Shown: positions 35,857-51,634 of the stretch, one piece after another
Position numbering within the stretch: the first letter of the stretch is position 1
How the letters are laid out: each line of letters opens with the position of its first letter
NCBI GenBank assembly: GCA_002104945.1
Contig: MCFH01000016.1
Location: forward strand, 248,001-312,000
From: Piromyces finnis finn
Taxonomy: Eukaryota > Fungi > Neocallimastigomycota
Length of the DNA: 64,000 nucleotides
Direction of reading: 5' to 3'
Notes under the pieces: model-generated
What the model saw: only the letters and a program-made list of their open reading frames with translations
Told to the model about the DNA's origin: nothing
Database searches by the model: none
Translations under genes and position numbers: made by a program

Positions 35857-38789
35857 ACTGGTGAAACTGTACAATATAATTGGTAAAACAAAAAAGTATT
35901 ATTTTTTTTGTTTGTGTTTGGTTGGGTTTTTTTAATATTAATACAATTCTTTATCCTTTTGTTGTTATTATTTATTCATTGTGCTATAAATATTGTTTTT
36001 ATATACAGTTTAAGTCTGCCTACCTTTTCTATCATTAGGATAATAATATAGTTAAAAATTATATGGTTTTTTTATTAATTTAAATAAAAAATGGTTATCC
36101 TTTTTATAATAAATGTTTTTTATCCCTAAAAATTAATGAATAATGTATTTTATTATACATTAATTTTATTATCAAAAACAAACTCCGATATGCTAAAAAA
36201 AATTTAATAAAAAATTTAAACTTTTACCCTTTTACATAATGTATACACTATCTATCTTCACCTACATTTTTTAAAATTGAAAGATAATGTTACAGCTATT
36301 TTTAGATGAAGATAAGATGCAATGACAATTTTTTAAAGTTTATAAACATTTGGTTATGAAAACTTTTTAAATACGATAAAATTTAGATAACATGCAAGAT
36401 TTGATCAAACATTTGATATATCATTAAATAGCAATATTACTATTAATAATAATAATAATACTCCATTACTACCATTATACTACTAATTATTAGTATTAAT
36501 ATTATTAATATTAGTAGTAGTAGTAGTAGTAGTAATTGTTGTTGTTGTTGTTGTAGTGGTAGTAATAAAAAGAATTGTTTAAATCATATAATTATCATAT
36601 TATAGTAATTCCTTTTTTTTTTTTTTCATATTGAATAATCTTATAATAGTGGAAAATAAAAAAAAAATAAAAAGCATTACCAATAATGATGATAAATGTG
36701 ACTATTTTAATTAATAATAAAAAATTATGTCTTTGGTCTAAGACATTGACCTATAATTTCATTGGTATTTTTATTTTTTTTAAAAGTAAATTTCCTAACC
36801 ACAAATCTTTTCATCTTCCACCTACCCATGTAGCCTACAGAATTATCAAATAATTTTTTTTAAAAGATAATTTTTTTTAATATAAAAATTTATCACAAAA
36901 ACTTTTAGATGGTTTTTTATTGGTTCATTGAATTTGATAATTAAATTGAATGAAATTGATAAATTTGTTTAATTTATTAAAATAAAAATTAAAATTTAAA
37001 CTTTAAAAAGTTAAAATTATGAAATATAAAAAAAAGAGGATATTGAAAAAAGGTTGAAAATAAGAAAAAAAAAAAAAAACTAATTTGAATAGGCATTTCT
37101 TTTTTTTTTTTTATTATTATCACCATTAACTATCATCATTTCTTTAATCATTTTTATTCATTTAAAAAATAATTATAGTGTAATTTTAAATTTTAAAAAG
37201 ATTAAATTTTAAAAAGGACAGGATAATTTATAATGTTTTTATATAATAGTTTAAATCGTTTATTAAAGGGTGTAAAAGTTAATAATGTAAAAGTTAATAA
37301 TTATATTATTAACTTTTACTATTTTATTTCAGTTGACATCGCTAGAATAATAGATGGAAATTTTATTATTTATTACTTTATTTGTTTTCTCCTTTGATGG
37401 TTTGTAAAAACTAAAGTTTTAAAATTTTATATTAGTATAAAAAAAAAAGTTTATAGTTTGCTATCTAGGTCGTGAATACTTAATAGAGTTTTAAATTTCT
37501 TGGGATGATTTTAGAGTTTAATAAATATGAAAAAAAAATATTTTAAATTTAAATATTATTAAATTATTCCTTTGGAAAAAAAAAAAAGTTCATTTAAAAC
37601 TTTATCAATGGATTAAAAAAAGAAGATGAATAGGAATTGACCTTTGTAACAAAGTCTTGATCCAATTATTTTTTTTATAATAATATTATGTATCTATAAT
37701 TATAATTGAAATCAAATGGTTGTGTGTAATCCTGCCTGTTTTTTTTCTTTTTTTTTATAAATCAATGTTAATATAAATAAATTAAATAATTATTAATTCT
37801 AATTATAAATACAAATATAAACAAATACTTGATCATTATAATATTATATTTTATATTATTTTATATACCTTATCACTATTTTATTTTGATGTTTTTTTTT
37901 TTTTTTTTAAAAAAAAGAAATGTTTTACTTATCTATTAGTATAAAAAACTACCGATAAAACGATCAATTGATTACATATTATTTAAATGGTTATTATAAA
38001 AATTTGAATTATTAGTTGATTTAATTTGAAAAGTAAAGTAGTTTTATGACCTTACAGCCTACTACAGTCTACTACTACTACTACTATTACAACACAAATT
38101 ACAACCTTTTATTAAAATTTTTTAATATATAATAAATTTTAATAATTATTTTCAGTTTTCAATGTCATTCATGCTATTTATTGTTAGTATGGATCAATTT
38201 TACTAAATTTTTAATATTAAAAATGATATCTCTTTGGCTTTATTTTCTTTTTTCATATCTCTCTAATTATAACTTTATCGAGAATAATCATTCTTTTTTT
38301 TTTTAAAGTCTTCCTTATTATTTTTTTTTTTAATTTGACTTTTTTTAAAAAAAAAATATTTTAAATTGACATTTTTTAATATATTAAAATACACTTTATT
38401 ATATTTAGAAATATTTATATAATATATATAATATTAATTAAAAAATTTAAAATATTTAAATTAAAAATATATTAAATATAAAGTTTAAAAATATAAAAGT
38501 TTAAATTTATTTTTATATAAAATAAAGTTTGATAAAAATTATCTTAAAAGATAAAAAATAAAAAAAATCCATGAAGAATAAGAAGGAATAAGGGAATAAA
38601 AGTGGTATTTTAAAAAGGTTTTTTTTTAACCTTTTAAATAAAATATTTAATGCAGTAAAAAAAAAGATATTTCAATGTAATACGATTAAAATATTCTAAT
38701 GGATCGTTTGTTAAAAATATATTTTTTATTATATATCTTTATCATCATCCTTTCTTTATCTTTCTATCATTTTAAAAGTTTAATTTGTT

Positions 38790-38826
<37 letters not shown>

Positions 38827-41251
38827 AATGGCTATCTTTTTATTTAGTGTGAGTTTATTTTTTTATTTAATAACTAATCTTTTTTTTTTTATAGAAAAAA
38901 ACTAGTAATTTATTTTTTATGAAATATTGGTTGATATTAATATTTATAATTTATCTTTTTTTTTTAATATTTCCAATATTGTGTATTCCTCAATAATAAC
39001 TAATAAAAGAACATTTAATGTAGATAAATTCATCTATATTGTAAACATAAATAAAATAATCTTTTTATAGATATTATTATTAATCTTTTATGTTTTTTTT
39101 TTTTTTTTTTTAAATTCATTATTATTGATCCTAAAATTGAATAAAAAAAAAAAAGATAGCAATTAAACTTAATATTATTTTCTTTATTAATATTATTTAA
39201 TATTATTCTTATTTATTATTTGTTTTATTCTTATTTATTTTATTAATAACTATTTTTTTTTTATATATTTTTTATGGTTAAAAAGGTTTTATTATTTAAT
39301 ATATTTTATTTTTATTAAATTTATTTTTTTTATAATAAAATAAAATTTATAAAAATTTTATTTTTTTTTATCTCAAAAAAAAAAAAGCTTTTAAAAAAAA
39401 CTAATCATTTATATCATTTGTTGTTTTTTTTTACTAGATAATTTAAATGTTTTTAATACAATAAAACCTTTGAGTAAAATTTAATAAAATACTCAAAAAA
39501 ATAAAGTAAAAAAAAAAAAAATAACAAATATTTAAAAAGTATTTTTTTTTAAAAAAAAAATAAATGTAAATTTCCTTATTATATAATTATAATATTTTTT
39601 TTTATATTTCAAATTTAAAGTATATATAATATATATATGGGAATAATAGTTAAAATAACGGTTAGAAGGATATTCAATAACAATAAATAAATAAATACAA
39701 TATATATAAAAACAGAAAGTAAAATATAATAATTATTATATTAAAATGACATTTTGAGTAAATTATCGGTAGAAAAAAAAAAAAAAAAATCAATGAGAAC
39801 ATTTTGGATTACAAAATAAAGACAACAATAAAGTGAAAAATTATTATTAAATATTAAAAAGCAATATTAAATAATTGTTGAGTATTAAAAAAAAAAGTGA
39901 TAAAAGCAAAACAACATATTATATTAAATCTTTCTTTAATCTGTTAATAATTTTAAAACAATTAATTTTAATTCACCTTATTGAAAAGAGACAATTTTAT
40001 AACAATTAATTTTCATTCACCTTAATTTAAAAAAAGAGAAATTATTATTTATATTTATATTACTATTTTTTTTCACATATAAAAAAAACAAAACTTAAAG
40101 GATTCTTTTTAGAAAATAAAAAATTTTATAAACCCAAAAATACTATTCAATAATATATTCAATAGTTTACTTTTTAATAATTATATATTGAAGCACACAA
40201 TAGACTACCCTTTTAAATAAAAACCCATCAACACCCACTGTTATTTTTATAAAAATAAATATCTAGTTCAATTGTAATTCAATTTTGTTAAATTGGCTTC
40301 ATGGTAGTGGACCTATAAAATCACAGCTATAACTAATAAAAAAAAAATTTTTTTTTTGTGCAAGGTTAAAAAATTGATATTCCAGTATTTAATAAATCAA
40401 ATATATTAAATTTTTATTATACCAAAAAAAGAAAGTAACAACAATAACAAAAAAATAAAAAATTTTTAAAGTCACACCTTTTATAAAAAAAAAAAAGCTG
40501 GAATTTTTTACCTTTTTCTTTTTTTTTCAAATAAATACATTTATACTTGTATTATTTATTGCTTTCTTTAAATACCTAATGTTTATCTAATATATTTTAT
40601 TAATTTTTTTTTATATAATAATTATATATATAAAAAAATAAAATATTTTAATTGTGTCATTAATATTTTTTTTTTTTTTATTTATATATTCTTTTTTATT
40701 CTTTCTATTGGATATATAATTACTTCCCTTTTGAATATTAAAAATAATATTCATCATTAAACAATAATAATAATATGTCTACCATTATTTATTCACATTC
40801 CTACCCTCCTTCAAAAATATCAATATCACCCTCAGATTCATTGTTATTTCCAGAAATTTTTGAAAAGTATAGGTTTCTCAGAGTCAATAAAAATAATATT
40901 TCAAAAAAAAAAAAAAAAAAAGAACAAATTTTATAAAAATAATCATTATAAAAGTATTAATAATAGTAACAACAATAAAATAAAATATCAATATTTAGTA
41001 ATATTAAATCTACCGATTTTAGTACACCCATTACTACACCTGTTGTTGTCGTTCACTGTACTAATGAAAAAAATTGTTTAAATTCTCAATACAGTGAACT
41101 TACTTCTCCAATTAATATAAATACCAAAAATACTATTAATTATCTTAATTCATATCAATCACACGATACAAAATTTTCACCCGTTAAAACAAATCCTTTA
41201 TTTTTAAAAAATAGCTGTTTTTTTATATACTCAACTTTAGATAATCCATCC

Positions 41252-43759
41252 ATGGAAGATTATAGACCTTCTTCAGAATTTAATACAGTAAAAACCAAAG
41301 AAACGGAAAATGGAATGCTTTCTTTATTCCCATTAAATAAACAAGGAGAAACCATTAAGACAGATAATTTTGACGATGTGTCCATTCAAAATGTGATGAA
41401 TAATACTTCATCAATGAAGAAAAATGACAATAAAATTCATAATATGAATCCTATTAATAATTTATCAGAACTTAACAAAATGGAAGATATTCATTTAATC
41501 AATTCAATAGATCAACATAAAATTAATCATGATCATCATCACTATATGGAAAATCCTTTTTATTATGAAACCACCAATATGACTGCATTAGATTCTGAAA
41601 TTAAACCATCCTACAGTTATTATTATGGTAAATTTTCAAATATAGATATATATTTACCTATAGAATAGAAAGTCTTTTTTTTTAATTTAATCATAGAATA
41701 GAGTAATAAAGAGGAATATCTTTAACATTTTTATATAAATAATAGAAAACGTGAAATAATGAATATATATATCATTATTATAATAAAATAATTAATATTT
41801 TTTTTTTTACCCCAAAAATTTAAATATTTTATCATTTTTTTTTTAAAAAAAAGGTAATAATCAACCAAATTTAAATTGTCAAATGGATAATCATCAAAAT
41901 AGTAATGTTAACAATTCTAGTAATATATTAATGAAAACTTCTCAATATACCCCACAATCAATTCCAATTCCAACTAATAATGTATCAACAAATTACTCAT
42001 CTTTTGATGGTATTGATAATATTGAAAAAACTTTAGAAGAAGTCAAGGAATTAATAGAAAAAAGTAAAGCATTATCATTAGGTGAAATCATATCACCAAG
42101 TAATCATAGTTCTGAATTAAATGAAAAAATGATAAATCAGTTAGAAGATCGAGCCTATACTCCATCAGATATCATAAATGAAACAGAAACCCCAAATGAT
42201 ACAGTAGGACAACCAATGATGTTAATACAAAATGAAACCGATACTAAAGAAGGTAAAAAAAAAAAAAGCGAGAATAATATTTATTTGAAAATAAAATAAC
42301 TATTAAATATTATTATGAATGAAATAATGAAATAAGGAAAAAAAATTTTTTTTTTTTGATTTTAAAGCGTGAGAAAAAAATTATTAACTAAATTTTTTTT
42401 TTTGAATTTATGATAATATTAATTTATATTAAACTATTAGCATTAAATAATGAAAATGGAAATAATAATACTTTTGTCAAGACGACTACTCTTTTAACAG
42501 AAACAATTACTACTACTACCACCACCACTATGGTAAAACAATTAACTAAAATCGAAATCGAAGATAATAGTGTTATCAATGAAAAAAAAGAAGTAAAAGA
42601 ACAAACTTTTACAGATAAAGAAACTAAAGTTGAAGTTATCAATACTAATGAATATGAAAAATCACCAAAAACTGAAGAAACCACAGAAAAAAAAGAAGAC
42701 ATTGTTAAGATGTATGAAGAAGATAAAAAAGAAGAAGATGAAAATGAAACATTATTTTCTTCACCAGATAGAGCTAATGATTCTGGTTTTGTTTCAGATG
42801 ATTCAACTAGTTATTATAGTAGTCGTTCCTCATCTCCTAGTCGTAGAAGAAGAAAATCTTCTTTAAAATCACCAAACTTCCCAGGTCGTCGTAAATCAGT
42901 TCAATTTAGTAATGATTTGGAAATGGTATGTTTATTTGAATGTTTAGATGCCCCAGAAGATATTGGTGAAAGTCCACATTTTGTAGTACCGGATTCTAAA
43001 GAAACAGTGATAGAAGAAAATCAAAAGAAGGAGGAAGCCCCAGAAGAAATCGTATATAAAAATGGTATTTGTTTAATTAATATTCCAGTATTTACTCCAT
43101 TTGATATGATGAGTAATATTATGGGTTTAGAAAGTATTGAACTCGTTGATGGTAGTATATTAAAAGGTACTATTCAAGTCAAAAATCTTGCTTATCATAA
43201 AAGTGTTGTTATTCGTTACACTCTTGATAACTGGAATACTACCAAGGAGGCACCAGCAGTTTATACTAGTGCTGTTACTAATGGCACTGCTTTTTATAGT
43301 GATGTTGGCCTTGATTTATTTACCTTTACCATTGATATGACCTCACAATTTAACGCTTTTAATAATTCATTGGTACCACACTTTGCTGATCACCCAATTG
43401 TGATGTCATTTGCTATTAAATATGAAGTCAATCATACTACCCATTGGGATAATAATAATTCTAATAACTTCCAAATAGAATTTGTTCAAATTCCAGAAAA
43501 TGAACCTGCTGTTACTCGTAAAAAGTGTTACCGTTCTCCAGGATATGAAGCCTTATTAGAAATGTCTAAAAAGACAACCAATAGTAAAATCGGGGATGAT
43601 GAATATACCTACTCTTCCAATAGTAAATAACAATAACACAAATTTTATTTTATTTAAATTACATTCTATAATAATATATAATTACCATTACCAATAATCA
43701 TCACTTTTATTAATTTTCATTTTAACATTATTATAAACATCATTTTTATTAATCCTAAA

Positions 43760-43795
<36 letters not shown>

Positions 43796-44129
43796 CATTA
43801 TTATTATAAATTATATTAATACTTCACAAATAGATTCTCAAGGAAATAATTATACATTTTCTAATGCTGCTGTTTGTACAATTCCAGCAGCAAAATTTGC
43901 TGCTATGAAGAAAAAACGTCGTCAATTAGCTTCTCATCCACCTGTCGTTGTACCCATCTATCCTCCACCACCATCTTCTGATTATCTATCTTCAAATAAT
44001 ACTATGTTTAATGATTCAACCTATTTAATTCAACAACAACAATCTGCAGCTTATTCTTCCATTTATAATACAGATACAAGATGTGGACGTTATGGACCAT
44101 CACCATATACTATATATAACAATAAGTAA
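41252..44129 (+). CDS. PP1 glycogen-targeting regulatory subunit (Gac1/Pig1/PPP1R3-like, CBM21), copy 1, 750 aa
   Basis: Exons 41252-41627, 41854-42252, 42441-43622 and 43834-44129 total 2253 nt, in phase. KSSLKS..RRKSVQFSNDLEMVCLF (RVxF plus phi-phi). CBM21 motifs GTIQVKNLAYHKSVVIRYTLDNW, FAIKYEV and HWDNNNSNNF. An upstream exon cannot be excluded. Confidence 0.9.
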
Positions 44130-44758
44130 TGAAAAAAAAAATTACCAAAAAAGAGGACCAACTTTTTTTTAATTGCATATTATTTGAATAAAAAAATAAA
44201 AATTAATTATAACAACACATTAGCATTTAGTATAACCTCCCCTCTACCCATAAAATGAAACCTAAAATTGAATTTAAAAAATAAAATAAAAAAAAGTATT
44301 ATAAATTTTTACTTTTTTTATTTTTTTTTTTTTTATTACATTCCCATTAGACAATACACCACATATTCTAATCATATTTATACATCATTATATCATATAT
44401 CAGGGAAAAAAAAAGGATTTAATTTTTTTTTATTTATTTTCTACTTTTTTTTATAATTATTATTATATATACATTTTTTTTAAAAAATAACTTTATAAAA
44501 ATTATTTAACCAACTTTACCCCATACTATATATATATATATATATATAATTTGCATATTTCAATAAGAAATTTTCAAAAAATATATTTTTTTTGTATTAT
44601 AAAAAAAAAATAATAAAATGAAAAATTAAAAAAAAAAAAAATAAAAAATAAAGAAAATATTATCATTTAATATTAAAAAAATGTATAAATAGATTATAAA
44701 ATACATTGTTTATCATATAAATATACCTATTAATTTTTTTTTTTTTTACCATAATACT

Positions 44759-44792
<34 letters not shown>

Positions 44793-45560
44793 AACCTATA
44801 ATATTTAAATAGCTTTGTATTTTTAAGTTATTTTTATATTTTAGTAAAAAAAAAAACATTAATAATAATAAAAAGGTAAAAAAAAAAAAAAAAAAAAAAA
44901 AACTAATATTAGTTCTACATTTATTTATCCATATTCTTCAATTAAATATATTATATTAAAAAGTAATTATTTTATTTTATATAAAACCATTGAATTAATT
45001 TATATTTAATGCAAACATTATATAAAATAAAACTACACTATCTATAATTTTTATTTCCATTTTTTTTTCTTAAAAATTATTATTGCTGTTGTTGTTAAAA
45101 TTCTTTAAAAAATCATTTTATAAATAAAATAAAAAAAAAAGAAAAAGACCTTTCTTCTTTTTTTTATTTTCTCCAAAGTAATATACTATTTTATTAATAT
45201 ATATAGTATATAAAAAAGACATTATATAGTATAAATATATATATCTCATTATTAACCTACTCATAAAGTAATTTTATTTTTTCTACCATAAAAAATCATT
45301 TAATTATATTTTAAATGTTTTCCAATTTTTTTTTTTTTTTTAAATTAAAAATAAAAAAAAAAAAAGTTTTATATAAAAAAAAAAAAAAAAAAGAAAAATT
45401 AATGGTTTATATAAAAAACTTTAAAATTAGATAAATTTCTAATTATGCAAAAATTCTTTATTTCTTTTTTTTGTAATCTTTGGAAAAAATAAAAAAGTAT
45501 AATGTTGTTAATGGAAAAGGGAAAATTAATTTTTTTTTTTTTTTTTTTTAATTTTATAGA

Positions 45561-45864
45561 CTACTTTATATTATTATATAGCCTTTTTGATGAAGCAATG
45601 ACTAATTTAGATTTTGTGTGAATATTAATAAATTTTTGGATATATAAACTATATAGGACGGTAGCCGTACATAATATAGTTCCAAAAGCATTAAAAAAGT
45701 CTTGGAGGTTGACATTAATTTCATTTTGATTATTTATGATTTCTATTAATATTGTAAAAATAATATAGATGTACACAGAAAATCCTAAATCCTATGACAA
45801 ATAATATGGAAAAATCATAAAAAGGAAAAATAAAAGTAAATATATTATTATTATTATTATTCTA

Positions 45865-45947
<83 letters not shown>

Positions 45948-48900
45948 ATTACTTCTTTAAATTTTTTATCCACATTTCTAATAAAATAGGAGATCATTAA
46001 TCCACTAAACATAACAATAAGATTAAATCCTGTACTGTAATGGCAAATAATAATAAGCCGAAATAATAAAAGCAAAAAAGGAGGGGGAAATATATTTATT
46101 AATAAAAAGTTGATAATATATTAAAAAATTTAAAGAAAAAATAAAAAATTATTTTTATTATATAAAATACAAACCTCAAATTCATCGATAGAGGATATTT
46201 ACAAGCTTTATATTCCTCAAAATTTCTCGTTAATCCTTTTCTAATACTTATTTTATGAAGTATTGTCCAAAAAAAGGCCATTAACCAATGAAATATGGTA
46301 ATTAAGAAAACAATGGCATACATGATTTCTCTTGGTAAACCTAATCTCATTCTTCTTTTTTGACAAAATCTAAATAATTTTTCAAGTATTGAAATTTTTT
46401 TAAAATTTAGTATGGTTAATAATTTTATTTTATTTTATTCTTTTTTTTTTTTTTTTGGCATATTATCAGTGTTAATATTGCACTTACATTCTATAAATTC
46501 TTAAAGATTTTACAAATATAGAACCAAATACTAATGAAAATCCCTTTTATTAACGTATATTTGTATATTCAATAATAAAATAAATAATTAATAATACTAT
46601 AGAAAAAATAATTGTATGTTTTTTATTTGACAATCATTTAAAATTTATAAATAATAAAAGTATCTTTAACCTACTGTATTTTTAAATAAATATATGAAAT
46701 AACATTTATGAATTGTCTTTTCTACTGCTAACGTTAGTGCATATATTAAATTAATAATGGAACCAATGATAATTATAATTAAGAAATCCAAACCACCTTT
46801 TTATCCACATTTTTAAAAATTATCAATTATTCCCAATAGAAGAATTAAAAAATAATTTATTAAAGAATACTTTATAATATAATAAAAAATTTTTTTTTTT
46901 TACCTCCTTTAATAATTGAATCATTTTTATAGTGTATAAGTAAAGCAATAATAACTATTGAAGTGATTATTAATAGAGAGGCCAATATAGTAATGGCTTT
47001 ATCCATTATTTTCATTCTTTTTGATTGTTTATATTCATTACATAATGGTCCTGTAAAATGAGTATTACTACAATCACACACATTATTATTAATACATTTG
47101 CCACTGTAGCAAGAAGGCTCACATTTAGGTTCATAACTATTTAATAGAATATACATAATAAATATCATAATAGGTTTATTAATGTGGTGGTTGAAAAAAA
47201 ATTTTTTTAATAAAAATTTTTTTTTTTTTATCTTTTTTTAAAAGGAAAAAAAAAATATTAAGTAATTCTATTAAGAAAGTGAGGTCGTTACCATGTTTTA
47301 TAATTACTAACACCAATAAGTTGATTGATATGATCATCTTCATTACATTCTAGTATTTTAACTTCAACTTCTACTGAATTGTTTGTAAATGGAAAAAATG
47401 GACCTAAGCATTTGGAAATAATGATTAGTTTATTATTATTAAACATGTCATTTTTAATATATATAATTAGGATTTACCAAATGATTGAATTGTTAATATT
47501 AATGAATAAACTCCAGGATTTCCAAATACTATTTAAAGGAAAAAAAATTATTATTATAATTATTAAATATACATTAAGTATTCAGGTTTTGAGATAACAA
47601 AAAAAAAAAAATAGTAATGATAATTTATTTTAAAAATATAAAATTTTTGAGCCATATGAATATTATAAGTGACACTACCTCTAACTTTTGGAAATTCACA
47701 ATTATCATCCCAACAAAATGATTGATATTGACCTATAACTTCAGCATTATATGTATCATTAACTTCTACAGAAGTTAAAACAAATTCATCATACTTCATT
47801 TCACTTCCAAAAGATTGAAAGTTCATTTCTATTAAAATGATAGATAATCAAATATATATAATAAATTTTAATAAATTGAACGAAATCAATATAAAATATA
47901 AATTTATTAAAACAAATATCTTTACTAACGTCTTTCATAATCATCAAATAGATAACCTAGTTTTTATTAAATATAAAATAAAAAATGTGGTATATAAAAT
48001 ATTTTGATAATATAATATATATATATTATAATATAAATTAAATTTATATTATATTTTATAGAGCATAATATTGAATCATTTGTTTTATTAATTATTACAA
48101 ATCTATATATTTTTTAATTACTTTTAATATTTTTTGGAATGAAATCACCAGAATGGATCGAAAAACTTTTAATAGAATCTTCACTTAAAATAATTTTGGC
48201 AGGTTTTGTTACTATAGCCCCATCAATTGCTTCTAATTCATTAATATTTGAAATGTTTGGATTGGATTCTTTTGAATAACTGTATATAACATCCCCGAAT
48301 CTTGAATGATTATCGATGAAAACATTATCTATAAATTTTGTATGTAGATTATTATATTGACCCATAGAATAAATAACGCCACCATACTTTGTCGAATTAT
48401 TTCCAATATATTGTGAAGATGTTGATTCTATTGTACAACCAGTCAAATATAATAATTCCCCAATATGAAAGATAGTACCGGCTTCCCCTGTGTTGTTAAC
48501 AAAAAGAGAATCATAAATCATAAATAATCCAGAGGTTTGATCATTTTCATCCATATAAAAAAATCCATTTTTAAAATATGAATTTTTCACCGTATTGTTT
48601 CTAAAATCAATGTAGGTATAAACAGCAATTACACCTTTGTCTTTATATATATATATATATATATATTTTAATAAATAAATTAAAGTATTTCATTTTAATA
48701 AGAGTATTATTAATAAATTAAAATTCATTCTATGAATGAATAATTATATTATCACAATTTTAGAAATTATTTATGTACTTACCTCCATTGATATTATCAA
48801 ATATTGTATTTGAAATGGAAATATCGTTATATTCGGTAGATAATATTATCTCTGCCTTATTCATTAATCCATACTCATTTGGGAAATTTTCACATTTATT

Positions 48901-50869
48901 ATTTAAATTACATACATGTACATTTTTAATCTTTATAAGGGAAATATAAAATATATATATAACAATTATCAATAAATATTTAAGTGAAAAAGCATCAATA
49001 AATTTTTTTTTTTTTAAAATAAGAATTACCTCACTGTTAATTATTTCAAGATTTGAATTTCTTAATAAAAATATCGCTTTTGAATTAATTATTGCAAAAA
49101 AAAAATTTTTTTTATATAAATATATTTATAATGATAATATTTTTTATATAAATGAAAATAATTTAATAGAATTAGTTTTAATGAACTAAACAAGATATAA
49201 AGTTAGTTTAAGAAAGATGACTTTACGTCCTTGAGATATAAAATTATTTAATTTAAGTGCATTTATTTTTAACAAGGAGTCTAAATTTTAGAAATGATAA
49301 AAATTTAAGTTAAATACCAATTAATAGTTATTTTATATATGTTTATGTGTGTGTGTGAAATTATATTTATTCTAATAGTAATATTTTTGTGTATGAATAG
49401 GCACCATTTAGTTTATTTATTGAATAATACTGAATGAGCCCTAAAGCTGTTGTTGATTTAAAGTTTTCTATTAGGATGGATTGAATTACTGAAGTAGATT
49501 CTTCCTCTTGATAGTAAAATCTATTATTATTTTACATCGTAGTGGATATTAAAAAGATAACAAAATTTAATATAAAAACAATTTAAAATTATATAGATGT
49601 ATAATATTTTTTTTAATAAAAATTTTTACGATGTGTAATGACCACCACAATCAATTGCTTGAAGACTATTATTAAATGGGAATAATATATATGTAAATTG
49701 AATAGAATTATTATAAATTATACAAAAGTATTGTATATATATACTTTGTTAATTTACCTTGAAATTTGAACCTTGTTTTTATTTTCTATGTAAAAAATAG
49801 CATTTTCCTTCAAATTCAGTTGAAATAAATTATTTAACGTTATATTTGATGCAAGAAAAGAAATATCTAGGGAGTCATGAGAAGTATAAAATAAACCATA
49901 TTCACCATTTCCTATTAATTTATTAATACTCAAATTGCTTTTTTTTAAAAAAAAAAACAATGATAATTAATTTTAATATTCCAATCAATAGTAATAATAA
50001 TTGTTGTAGTAATTGTGATAATTGTTGCATAATAAAAGTAATAATAAATATATGCATGTATAAAAATCTATATTCTTTTTTTTTTTTATGTAAAAATCTA
50101 CCTAACTGTTAATGATACGGAACCTGAAACTATGAATGCAGCACCTGAAGTGTGTCTATTAATTAAATTTTCACCATAATAACTATCAAGTGTAACTATT
50201 GCTTGATTTTCAATACTAATAATATTTTATTATATTAAGTATATATATATATATTTAATATATCAAATATTTTATATATCATTTGTCAAATAGAAATGCA
50301 TTTATATTATATATATATATATATTTTAGGTATAAAATTATTTTCAATAATAAAAATTAATTAAATAATAATATATTTACTTCATGATTAAACCTCCATC
50401 ATTCATTCCTTTTATACCTCCTGTATTTATTTGTGTAATATTCTTAAAATTTACAAGTGAAGTATTATCTGATGTAATATGAGCCATACTTCCCTTTATT
50501 TTTATTATTGTATTACAAATTAATTTTAAAATAAATTAATTAAATATGAGAAATAGTAGTAATAATAATGATAAATAATACTAAATTTTATTTTTTTTTA
50601 TTTTAAAAAAAAAAAAATAGATATTAATAAAAAAGAAAAATTTACTAATTCCAATGATGTTGTATTTTTAAAATAAAGACCTTCTCCATAAAATGTGTTA
50701 ATATTATCAAGAATCAGACCTCCACCATTACCATGACTTAGAAAATCTTTAAATGTACAGTACTTTAAATCTATTGAACCAAGAGTTGAAAATGCTTTTA
50801 TACCCGCTCTTATATTTATATTTATATTATTATTATAAAATTAAAAAAGATAAATTATAAATTATTCAA

Positions 50870-50906
<37 letters not shown>

Positions 50907-51634
50907 TTAATGATAAGAAAGTAATAATAACATTCATTTATGATAATAAATATTGAGAGTATTTACCCTCCATCCATTCCTTTTTCACTGAAACCTTTTT
51001 CAAAATCAGAATATTCAATATTTACATTTTTTGATTGTGTAATACTTAAACATGGACATTGGTATTCTCCACTAAAATACGTATTTTTTATATTAAGAGA
51101 ATATTTTTCTAAACCATTATAGTTCAATAAACGCTGACAAGAACCTCCATACAATTTTGAATCGTTGATTATTACATTACCTTTTAAATCAATACAATAA
51201 AGGTAGATTTGATTTTTTATTGGTCTATAAATTACCTTGTTAAATTTGATATATTCATTATGATGATGATCATCCATATCTATTACTATACTACCATTAA
51301 GAACGACATTTTCTAGTGTAATCCTTTTAGTATTATAAAAATCAAGAGTTCCTATTATTTCTATATTTTTTATTTCTATTTCTTCTATATTTTCATTAAA
51401 ATAAATTGGATAGTTGAAAGTTAATTTGGAAGTTGATTGTGAATTTCCAATAAATGATAGTATTTTTAATGTACTTGGTAAAGTTATATTTTCATTAATA
51501 ATAATGGTAGAATCTATTATTAGGGAAATTTGATTGTTGTCTATTGATAATTCTTCAATAAAATCATTTTCATTTTGTATTAGAGCAATAGTTAAAACAA
51601 AATATATAACTAAAAAAAATAGATAATTTAGCAT
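45561..51634 (-). CDS. Multi-exon receptor-like membrane protein: signal peptide, pectin-lyase-like/beta-helix ectodomain, EGF-like module, class C GPCR-like 7TM domain
   Basis: About 21 exons joined by hand with consistent phases. Features include repeated GG..I and F.NN..(G)GVIY beta-helix-like turns, CEFPKVR|VFGNPG, EGF CEPSCYSGKCINNNVCDCSNTHFTGPLC, and TM segments with GFSLVFGSIFVKSLRIYRIF and KFKE|DLGFSVYIY. One donor (near 49407) is uncertain. Confidence 0.8.
45843..45945 (+). repeat. (TTA)n microsatellite in the last intron of the 7TM gene
   Basis: About 100 bp near-perfect TTA array. Confidence 0.93.

Noticed and set aside
40775-41081. Short ORFs upstream of CBM21 copy 1 (ATG 40775; ORF 40860-41081)
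   Set aside because: Short, interrupted by poly-A, no motifs; more likely 5' UTR or promoter.
29700-41250. hasB/hasC-like partners (UDP-glucose dehydrogenase, pyrophosphorylase) beside the HAS-like gene
   Set aside because: No Rossmann-type or other coding signal was found on either side, so there is no operon-like HA cluster in this window.
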